This document shows, piece by piece, positions 24,886-35,000 of a stretch of DNA of 64,000 nucleotides. The notes under the pieces are model-generated. The model was not told where the DNA came from, ran no database searches, and was given only the letters and a program-made list of their open reading frames with translations. How positions within the stretch are numbered: position 1 is the first letter of the stretch; each line of letters starts with the position of its first letter. The translations under genes were made by a program, and so were the position numbers. Source of the stretch: Euglena gracilis. Taxonomy: Eukaryota. The DNA is taken from the NCBI GenBank assembly GCA_039621445.1, contig CP154954.1:17390589-17454588 (forward strand). Direction: 5' to 3'.

Positions 24886-26639
24886 GCCGCAGAGGGGGGA
24901 GGCCTCGCACGGGTTGCACGCCCACCTCCAGCCGGTGCGGCCCGAACTGGAGGGCCGGAGATACCAGCTCCGGCAGGCCGGGGGTGGCACACCTGCGATG
25001 TCACCGCCTCCGCGTCCGTGCTGGTCGTCGTCTCCTGCTGCCGCCGCTGCCGCCGCCGTCCGCCGCGACGATGGCCTTGCAGGGGCTCCCACGGGTTGGG
25101 ATGAGAGGGGATCGGAGGGGGGCCGGCCCCTGCCTCCCTCTCTCTCTCTCTCTCCTCTCCGCGATGGTCTCAATGCGGTTGGGGGCTCCGACTCCCCCCG
25201 AAAGTGGCGTTGAGCTTGGCATTTTTCCTGCAGCTTCTTCAGCTCCTTGCTGAGGGCGGAGATGCTGTCCGCCATCCTTTTGATCTCCTTGTGCAGTGCC
25301 GCCCCTCGCCGGCTCTGCACCGGTGTCCATGCGACACCTTCGTCTCTTCGGTCTCTTTCTTCTCCTCGGGGTGGGTTGCCCTGCGCACTCCCAGGGCGAG
25401 AGGGTCTCGAAAATCTCATGGCTGCTGAAGAAAAAGAATCCCCAGGGCGGCGCCCACGGGCCGCTTCCCTGTTGGGTCGCCAAGGGGCTTGGGGCCGGGG
25501 CAAATCCCGCTTCGCTTGCTCCCCTGCGGACGGGGTTGCGGGGCACAGGCACCACGCTGCCTGCCACCCGCCCGGACTTGGCTCGGTCTCGCTCCGGGGA
25601 CGTGGCTCCCGGAGGGTTGGTGGCCCTGGTGGGGGCCGTGGGGGTGGCGCCTTGGACCGGGGTGATCGGCCTCCCCGATCCTGGCACCTTCATGCCAGTC
25701 GTGCGTCTGGCGCTCGAGGTCCGCGGGGCGCTCGACGTTCTGGGCTGCTGCGGCTTCTTGCCATTCTTGGATGATGCTCCGCCGCTGGGGGCCGCACGAG
25801 GCCCAGACCTGGTTCTGCAGGTCCGGGTCCCATGATTCGTACATGGCTTGTCCTCGTCCTGCTTCTCGTGGATCCTTCAGCACCGCCTTCCACTCCTCGT
25901 ACTTGGCTCGCCACTCGGCAGGCCACTCACTCAATGAAGTGAACTTCCTCTTCTTCGTGGGGCCTTGGGAAGAGGTGTCGTCGTCGGTGGTGTCGCTGGG
26001 GGGCGGGGGGGGAGCAGTGAGGAGGGGGCGGTTGGGGGCCTCGATGGCGGGAATGGGGAGACCTTGGAGGAGGGCCAAGGAAGACGAGGAGGAGGAGGGG
26101 CCGATGGTGAGTGCGTTGAGATGCACATTCTGCACGATGGAGGGGGCTTGTGGCGCGGAGGGAGGGAGGTAGATGGGGACGGGAACCCGGACCTCCACGG
26201 GGACGGGGACGGGCATGGGGACCCGGACCTCCACGGGGACTTGCACGGGGACAGGGACGACCCGCTCGATGACCCGATCCACGAAGACAGGCTCCCGCAC
26301 GGGAACGGGGACCTGCCTCTCGACGATGACGACCCGCTCCTGGAGGACCTCACGGGTGGGTGGGGGGAGGCATGGGGTTGGGGAGGCGGAGTCCGGATTG
26401 GAGAGAGGGGGGCCTTGGGAGGCTGTGGGAGCCGTTGGGGCGATGGGGGATTGGGAGGCGGTGCTTGGCTGCGCTGCAACCCCCTCGAGGGCGTCCGTCT
26501 CTGTCTCCATGGCCGTGGGCTGGCAACTCTCAGGCCCGCCCGGGCTCCCCGGGGGCGAGATCCTTGGCGGCGTCACCCCCGGTTCACGCCCAGCGTAAAC
26601 CCCGCTCGGTGTGGGCCAGCCTGTCGCTTGGGGGCGTCC

Positions 26640-27590
26640 CCCCTCCATCTCCTTCCACTCACCTCTCATCCCCCTCCGCCCCGCTCCCGCGGGTGGAGGG
26701 GATCCTCTCCCTCGTCCCCCATACGCACCCTCTCCGCAGCTCCCTTCACGCCCGCCTGCATCCCCGTTCCCTGACACCCCCTCGTAACCCCCCCCCCCGC
26801 TCTTCTCTCCTGCTTTCCCTCACCTCCTTCACTCCCACTCCCTCCATCTTTGTGCCCCCCCCTCTCCCGTGCCTCCCCTTTCCTCCTCACGCCCTGCCTC
26901 TCCTTCCATCACCTCTTCCCCCCTCCCCTGGCTCCCCCCCCCTCACTCCTCCTCCCCCGCCTCCTTGGCCAGTTCCGCTTCCTCCTTTCTCCTTGGCCCT
27001 CATCCAATTCTTTCGCCCCGGCTCCGATGCTCGACCCTTCCCCTGCCTGACTGGGCTTCCTTGCACCCTCACCTTCTCCCCCTCCCCATCCTCCCAACTT
27101 CTTCACCACCCACCCCCTCCACTCCCCCTTTCTCTTCACGTGTGCCTCCCTTTCCACTCCTCTAGTTGCTCGCCCCCACCTCGCCCACCATGCCTCATGT
27201 CACCCTTTTCTACCTCCGGCGGGTCCTCCCAGCCCCACCCATCCCATCTGTACTTCCTCTGCTCCGTTCTCACTTTGTCTCCCTTTCCACATACGCCATT
27301 CTTTCATCGCTTCCCCCACTCCCTCTTAGCGCTCCCCACCCCCCCCCGACCCGCCTCAGACCTTTCCCCCTCGTCCCCATCCTTCCACAGCACCCGCACT
27401 CTGCCATCCCCGTACCTCCACCTTTCCTCCCCCGCTCTGGTCCTTGCCCGCCTCACCCCCCCGCGTCTCGCTGGCTCCTCCCTCTCACTACAACCCCACC
27501 CCCGCCCCATCCTTGCTCCGCCCCTCTCCCCCACGTCCCCTCCTTCCCCCGTCTTGTGCCCTCTCCTCCCCCTCTATTTTCCTGGCAGCA
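26640..27590. other. Non-periodic pyrimidine-rich block, probable read/consensus artefact
   Basis: Replaces a ~50-nt segment that is intact in copies B (~34095-34145) and D (~60065-60115). No repeat unit, TIR or TSD is visible. Confidence 0.65.
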
Positions 27591-30500
27591 GGCACGGCCG
27601 CCGGGCTCCCTGGGGCTGAGATCCTTGGCGGGTCACCCCCAGTTCACAGCCCGACGTAAACCCCGTCACGGTGTGGGCCAGTCCGTGGCTCGGGGCGTCC
27701 CCCTCGCTGTCCTCAGGCCCGCCCGGGCTCCCCGGGGGCGGGATCCTTGGCGGCGTCACCCCCGGTTCACTGCCCGGCGTAAACCCCGCCCCGGTGTGGG
27801 CCGGCCTGGTGCTGCGGCTGTTTGGGGCGTCCCCCTCCTCTTGACTGATTGGTAGAGGCTCGCCCGGGCTCGCCGGGGGCGGGATCCTTGGCGGCATCAC
27901 CCCCGGGTCCTTGCCCTTGCTGCTCACGGATTGGGCGCACCTCACCTCTGGGGCGTCCCCCTCTCTGAGCCCTGGCCAGTGGACGGATCGGGACGCTCCT
28001 CTCGGGGCCTGCTGCTTGCCGTGGCGCACGTGGGCCTCCCGGTCGATGATCATCACGTCCACGTCGGAGGGATGGGAGGCGGAGGGGGAAGGGGGCGGCG
28101 TCATCTCGGCCAGCAAGTCGTCGATGCCCCCGGGGAGGGGTGCGGGGGGGCCGAAGACGGAGAGAAGGTCGGCCTGGGGGGGGGCATGGGCCTCAGCGGG
28201 GGGGGGGGCGGTGGCCCATGGGGCTGGGGGAGCGCGGTGGGGGCTGGAGTGGAGCCACTTCCACACCTTGGAAAACCAGGTGCGGAGCTCACGGACGCGG
28301 ATGTCGGTGGCATGCCAGCGCTGGAAGAGGAAGCGGCTCCACACCGATTGCACCAGGCGGCGAGAGTACCCCCGCCAGATGGCGTTGCGGAAGACGTTGG
28401 CCACTGACTGCTTGAAATCCCCCATGTGGCTGCAGGCCATCCGGGCGAACTCCAGGCGGCCCATGATGACCCCGCCCAGCTGCTCGGTGGGGGCGGTGGT
28501 GGTGGCTAGGGGGTAGCGAACAATGTGGTGGGGGTACTCCTCCTCCCGGTCGTGGACGGTGGTGTGCACCACGCGGTCCCCGTTGGAATGGCATTGGATG
28601 TACACTCGGACGCCCAGGCACACCACGGACTCGCCGGAGCCGGTGGTCTTGTACTCCATGCCGTACTCGGCTGCCGAGGGGAGGGGCATGGTGGTGGGGT
28701 GGACGATGTCGTCGATGTATCGGGACACGGCGGAGGACCGGAGCTGGGGAGGGAGGGCGTACATGTGGTCGCGCTCCACGGGGTAGCAGGCCAGGTTGGC
28801 CAGCTGCGGGGCCGGGGGGAGGCCCATGGGCATGCCCCGGATCTGGCGCCGGACCCTTCCGCCATTGCAGGTGTAGTTGTTCTGCACCGCCACGGCCACC
28901 AGCTCCTTCAGGTCATCCAAGGAGTAGCCGAGGCCATCCCACGACCAGCCGCCGGTGGTGAGGGACGGTGGGGTGGCGGGGTCCACCCCAGCGGGGGTCT
29001 TGGTCTCCCGCACGAAGGCCCAGGCCTCCTTGGCCGACTCCATGGTCCGCTCGATGATGGCGTCGAAGGTGAAGGCCGTGTACATCGTCGTGAAGTCCGC
29101 CGTCTCCAAGCCCCCCGCCAGGATGTCCTTGGAGTGGGTTCGGACCATCCGGACGAAAGACTCCACGCTGTCGATTCCCCAGAACGCCTTGATGCCCTCC
29201 TGCTGTTGCCGCCGCTCGTCCTTTTCCCGGAGGGCGACCTCGATGTGCTTCAGGAGCGACACCAAAGCCTTGCTCAGGGCATAGAGGGGCTGCCGGGGGG
29301 GCTCCTTGGAGGCGGTGGGGGCGGAGGCGGGGGCGGACTCAGAGGCGGGGGCGGGGGACCCGGGGTCGGGATCGGGGTTCTTGCGGGTCCCGGCAATGAA
29401 CCGGAACTTCTTCTTCGCTGGCTTCCAGATGCCGTAGTTGTAGACGACACCGGCGCCAGTGGGGAAGTGCAACCGCTGGTTGACCTCCGACAGCCGGGCA
29501 ACCACCTCCCTCCAGGTGTCGGTCACGTCCTCGAACACGGTGGAGTCCGCCAGGTAGGTGGCCATCTGCTTCTGGTACCACCGCTTGCAGACGAACATCA
29601 GGCCATGGGGGGCCCGGTCGTCGTGGAGGAAGACGAGGACCTGGTGGGCCTCCCGCATTTGCTGTGAAAGGCCGGGGAAGCCGGCGGGCACCAGCTCTTC
29701 TCTGACGGCCGAGCACCGCCAGTTGGTGGTGCAGCGGGCCTCCACGGCATCGGCCCACTCGCCCAGCTTCCGGAGGTAGGTGGCGTCGGTGGGGTTGCTG
29801 CGCGCCGCCCACTCGGTGTACTGGTTCAGCGCCCGGCGGAGGTCGTGGAGGACGGTGTCGGGGGGGCCCTCCAGCCGGAACTTCTTGCCCTTGGCCGCCA
29901 GGGTTTGCAGGTACGACCACCGCAGCAGCTCGGACTCGTTGCTCACCACGTGGCCCTCGTGGAAGGCCGCCGGCTCCTTCCGGCGGAGGGCTGTGTGGCA
30001 CTGGCAGCCCTCGAGGTCGTCGGCCTGCGCGGCGGCCACGTCCAGCTCGCTGGAGACCTGGGCGTAGTTGCACAGCCACGCCTGCCACTGCGGGGCGAAC
30101 TTGTCGCAGACCATGATGGCGGCGGCGACGTCCGGGTTGGGGTGGAGCTTGTAGACGGCCTCCTCCCGCAACACCTTGCGCAGCTCCAGGTGGCGGGCGC
30201 CGTTGTTGGAGTAGGAGAACTTCAGGAACTGCCGCTCGGGGGCCTCCTTCCTCTTCGCCTTGATGAGCTCCACCAGCTTGCACTCCAGGGAGAGGTGGCC
30301 GGAGCGCCGCTCGTCGTCCGGGACGTGCTGTTGCAGCCAGTCCAGGGTGGAACACAACCGCGCCTTGCCCCAGGAGCGTGCCTCCGCCAGGGCGCTGGAG
30401 TCCCCTTGGTGGCAGCGGCGGAGCCACTTGGCTAGGTCAGGGCTGGGCGGAGGGTCGCCTTGGGATGTGGGGGCGGGGTCGGGGCTGGGGAGGGTGTGCT

Positions 30501-30635
30501 GGCGGCGGAGCACCTTCCGGCTGACGGGGAAGCCGGGGTAGGCGGCGTTGAAGCCGTGGGGCCACATGGAGTTGAGGAGGCCCACCCACTTGCGCTCGCG
30601 GGCGAGGGCATCCCGGGGGGGGGGGGGGGGGGGGT

Positions 30636-30673
<38 letters not shown>

Positions 30674-31304
30674 CGGGGGGGGGGGGGGGGTGGGGGGGGG
30701 GGGGGGGCGCGGCCCGGGGGAAGCTGTCTGGTGAGGGGAGCCTCTCGATGGGGATCATGAGGAAGGAGAAGGGGGTGGGGTCGTTGGCCAGGGCGTCGTG
30801 CAGGGCGTCGGCGCAGCGCCCCCGGCTCCACCAGTGCTCCTTGGTCCGCTTGTAGACCTTCCGCGTGGTCTGCCCAACGTAGAGCCGCCCCGTGGGGAAG
30901 TGGAAGAGGGCGTAAATCCAGCCAGGGGCGTCCCACAGGGCGGCCACGTTGCCCCAATCCACGGCGGCATTGGCTGGGTCGGAAGAGCGGAGCTGCAGGA
31001 CCCTGCGCATGGTCTTGTTGCGCCAGGATTGCCGCCCCCAGCTGCGCTGCATCCACTGAAGGTGGTCCTGCCAGCTCCACTGCCCCTCGTTGCGGCGGTG
31101 GCGGGACGGCTGGGGGTCATGCTTGTCGTAGGGCTCGGCGATGGGGAGGGCGCGGTCATCCCGGGAGTGGGATGGCCTGGGGGGCCTTCGGGAAGAGGGT
31201 TGCCCGGGAGGGCGCTCGGGGGGAGGCCTGGGGGTGCGAGAAACCTCACCAGGCAATTCTGAGTGGACCCCGGGGAAAGCTCCCCGAGCCGCAGGGACTG
31301 CGGA

Positions 31305-31680
31305 AATCTCTCTTCTTGATTGGTATGGACGGGGTATTCTGGGTGCGGGTGGGGGTGGGGATGGGAGGGGATGGGGAGGGAGGTGGGGGGGCGCCGCAGA
31401 GGGGGGAGGCCTCGCACGGGTTGCACGCCCACCTCCAGCCGGTGCGGCCCGAACTGGAGGGCCGGAGATACCAGCTCCGGCAGGCGCCTCGCAGGGAGGG
31501 CATACATGGGATGCCGCTCCGATCGGAGGGGGGCCGGCTCGTCGTCTGCCGCCGCCGCCGTCCGCCGCGACGATGGCCTCGCAGGGGATCCCACGGGTTG
31601 GGATGAGAGGGGATCGGAGGGGGGCCGGCCCTTGCCTCCCTCTCTCTCTCTCTCTCTCCCCTCCGCGGTGGTCTCCTCCG
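31305..31680 (-). repeat. pLTR-like direct repeat of the Penelope-like family
   Basis: The same block recurs at ~32050-32625 (with a ~95-nt subunit triplicated), ~58030-58400, ~24886-25165 (partial) and ~37767-38145 (diverged). It occurs both before the ORF start and at element 3' ends. Confidence 0.85.
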
Positions 31681-31818
31681 CGGTCTCTCTCTCTCTCTTC
31701 TGAATCGGTGTTGCTGGGGGAACTCCTTGGGGGGAACTCCTTGCCGACCCGAGAGTGTGTGCTTGTGGGGGAAGTGTGTTGTCAGTCGGTGTGGGCGCGT
31801 GTGTTGTCAGTCTGTGTT

Positions 31819-31891
31819 GCGGTTTCGCCCCAGGCTGGCAGGTGGGGCATCGTCAGGGGTGACGACCCTGCCAACCCTCGTCCCCGACCGC
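31819..31891 (-). ncRNA. Type III hammerhead ribozyme
   Basis: Minus strand reads GCGG-UC/GGG-GACGA-gggUUGGCAggg-UCGUC-a-CCC-CUGACGA-U-GCCCCA-CCUGCCAGCC-UGGGGC-GAAA-CCGC. The core is complete, stems I-III pair, and GUC cleavage is predicted between 31886 and 31885. Confidence 0.92.
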
Positions 31892-32035
31892 GCTTGTCTG
31901 TGTGGTGCAGACCGTTACAAACGAGCTCTGCGTCCCCCTCCGGGGGGGGGGGGGGGGGGGGGGGGGCTGAAAAAAACCGGCCCCAAAAACAAGGCAGCGC
32001 GGGACGGAAAAATGGTCCACTACCTACGGGGCACC

Positions 32036-35000
32036 CTCTCTCTCTCTCTCTCTCTCTTCTTGATTGGTATGGACGGGGGATTCTGGGTGCGGGTGGGGGT
32101 GGGGATGGGAGGGGGTGGGGGGGTGCCGCAGAGGGGGGAGGCCTCGCACGGGTTGCACGCCCACCTCCAGCCGGTGCGGCCCGAACTGGAGGGCCGGAGA
32201 TACCAGCTCCGGGGTGAGGGAGGTGGGGGGGTGCCGCAGAGGGGGGAGGCCTCGCACGGGTTGCACGCCCACCTCCAGCCGGTGCGGCCCGAACTGGAGG
32301 GCCGGAGAGCTCCGCTCCGGGTGAGGGAGGTGGGGGGGTGCCGCAGAGGGGGGAGGCCTCGCACGGGTTGCACGCCCACCTCCAGCCGGTGCGGCCCGAA
32401 CTGGAGGGCCGGAGATACCAGCTCCGGCAGGCCGGGGGTGGCACACCTGCGATGTCGCCGCCTCCGCGTCCGTGCTGGTCGTCGTCTCCTGCTGCCGCCG
32501 CTGCCGCCGCCGTCCGCCGCGACGATGGCCTCGCAGGGGATCCCACGGGTTGGGATGAGAGGGGATCGGAGGGGGGCCGGCCCTTGCCTCCCTCTCTCTC
32601 TCTCTCTCTCCCCTCCGCGGTGGTCTCGATGTGGTTGGGGGCTCCGACTCCCCCCGACAGTGGCGTTGAGCTTGACATTTTTCCTGCAGCTTCTTCAGCT
32701 CCGCGCTCAGGGCGGAGATGGTGTCCGCCATTCTCTTGATCTCCTTGTGCAGGGCAGCCCCTCGCCTGCTCTGCACCGGCGTCCATACGTCGCCTTCTTC
32801 TCTTCTGCCTCTTGCTTCATCACGGGGTTGGTTGCCCTGCGCACTCCCAGGGCGAGAGGGTCTTGTAGATCTCATGGCGCTTGAACTTTGTGATTCCCCA
32901 GGGCGGTGCCCACGGGTCGATTCCCTGTTGGGTCGCCAAGGGGCTTGGGGCCGGGGCAAATCCCGCTTCGCTTGCTCCCCTGCGGACGGGGTTGGCGGGG
33001 CACAGGCACCACGCTGCCTGCCACCCGCCCGGACTTGGCTCGGTCTCGCTCCGGGGACGTGGCTCCCGGAGGGTTGGTGGCCCTGGTGGGGGCCGTGGGG
33101 GTGGCGCCTTGGACCGGGGTGGTCGGCCTCCCCGATCCTGGCACCTTCATGCCAGTCGTGCGTCTGGCGCTCGAGGTCCGCGGGGCGCTCGACGTTCTGG
33201 GCTGCTGCGGCTTCTTGCCATTCTTGGATGATGCTCCGCCGCTGGGGGCCGCACGAGGCCCAGACCTGGTTCTGCAGGTCCGGGTCCCATGATTCGTACA
33301 TGGCTTGTCCTCGTCCTGCTTGTCGTGGGTCCTTCAGCACCGCCTTCCACTCCTCGTACTTGGCTCGCCACTCGGCAGGCCACTCACTCAACGAAGTGAA
33401 CTTCCTCTTCTTCGTGGGGCCTTGGGAAGAGGTGGGGGCGGCGGTGGTGTCGCGGGGTGGGGGGGGGGGGGTGGGGTGGAGGAGGCGGTTGTGGGCCTCG
33501 ATGGCGGGAATGGGGAGACCTTGGAGGAGGGCCAAGGAAGACGAGGAGGAGGAGGGGCCGATGGTGAGTGCGTTGAGATGCACATTCTGCACGATGGAGG
33601 GGGCTTGTGGCGCGGAGGGAGGGAGGTAGATGGGGATGGGGAACCCGGACCTCCACGGGGACGGGGACGGGCATGGGGACCCGGACCTCCACGGGGACTT
33701 GCACGGGGACCGGGACGACCCGCTCGATGACCCGATCCACGAAGACAGGCTCCCGCACGGGAACGGGGACCTGCCTCTCGACGATGACGACCCGCTCCTG
33801 GAGGACCTCACGGGTGGGTGGGGGGAGGCATGGGGTTGGGGAGGCGGAGTCCGGGTTGGAGAGAGGGGGGCCTTGGGAGGCTGTGGGAGCCGTTGGGGCG
33901 ATGGGGGATTGGGAGGCGGTGCTTGGCTGCGCTGCAACCCCCTCGAGGGCGTCCGTCTCTGTCTCCATGGCCGTGGGCTGGCAACTCTCAGGCCCGCCCG
34001 GGCTCCCCGGGGGCGAGATCCTTGGCGGCGTCACCCCCGGTTCACCGCCCAGCGTAAACCCCGCTCCGGTGTGGGCCAGCCTGTCGCTTGGGGCGTCCCC
34101 GCTCGGCTCTGAGGCCGGTCCTGGCAGCACGATCACGGACCCGCCCGGGCTCCCTGGGGCTGAGATCCTTGGCGGCGTCACCCCCAGTTCACAGCCCGAC
34201 GTAAACCCCGTCACGGTGTGGGCCAGTCCGTGGCTCGGGGCGTCCCCCTCGCTGTCCTCAGGCCCGCCCGGGCTCCCCGGGGGCGGGATCCTTGGCGGCG
34301 TCACCCCCGGTTCACTGCCCGGCGTAAACCCCGCCCCGGTGTGGGCCGGCCTGGTGCTGCGGCTGTTTGGGGCGTCCCCCTCCTCTTGACTGATTGGTAG
34401 AGGCTCGCCCGGGCTCGCCGGGGGCGGGATCCTTGGCGGCATCACCCCCGGGTCCTTGCCCTTGCTGCTCACGGATTGGGCGCACCTCACCTCTGGGGCG
34501 TCCCCCTCTCTGAGCCCTGGCCAGTGGACGGATCGGGACGCTCCTCTCGGGGCCTGCTGCTTGCCGTGGCGCACGTGGGCCTCCCGGTCGATGATCATCA
34601 CGTCCACGTCGGAGGGCTGGGAGGCGGAGGGGGAAGGGGGCGGCGTCATCTCGGCCCGCTCGTCGTCGCTGCCCCCGGTGACGCGTCCGGGGTGGCCGAA
34701 GCCGGAGAGAAAGTCGGCCTGGGGGGGGGCAAGGGCCTCAGGGAGGGGGAGGGCGTGGGCCCGTGGGGTTGGGGGAGCGCGGTGGGGGCTGGAGTGGAGC
34801 CACTTCCACACCTTGGAAAACCAGGTGCGGAGCTCACGGACGCGGATGTCGGTGGCATGCCAGCGCTGGAAGAGGAAGCGGCTCCACACCGATTGCACCA
34901 GGCGGCGAGAGTACCCCCGCCAGATGGCGTTGCGGAAGACGTTGGCCACTGACTGCTTGAAATCCCCCATGTGGCTGCAGGCCATCCGGGCGAACTCCAG

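Larger units (their letters stand above)
24886..31680 (-). mobile_element. Penelope-like element copy A, near full length (pLTR - GIY-YIG - RT - extension)
   Basis: ORF pieces 30432-31256, 27574-31080 and 25416-26777. WIYALFHFPTGRLYVGQT at ~30870-30920 and YIDD at 28708-28719. Interrupted by poly-G (~30615-30707) and a noisy C/T block. Confidence 0.9.

Noticed and set aside
26360-27855. Long Pro/Ser/Leu-rich ORFs
   Set aside because: They derive from the noisy C/T block, which is absent from the other PLE copies.
31390-31490. HDV-like ribozyme in the pLTR (ACC-TCC...GGT resembles P3/L3)
   Set aside because: It is antisense to the element, P1 and P1.1 are mismatched, there is no clear J4/2-P2, and the fold is not kept in the diverged pLTR.
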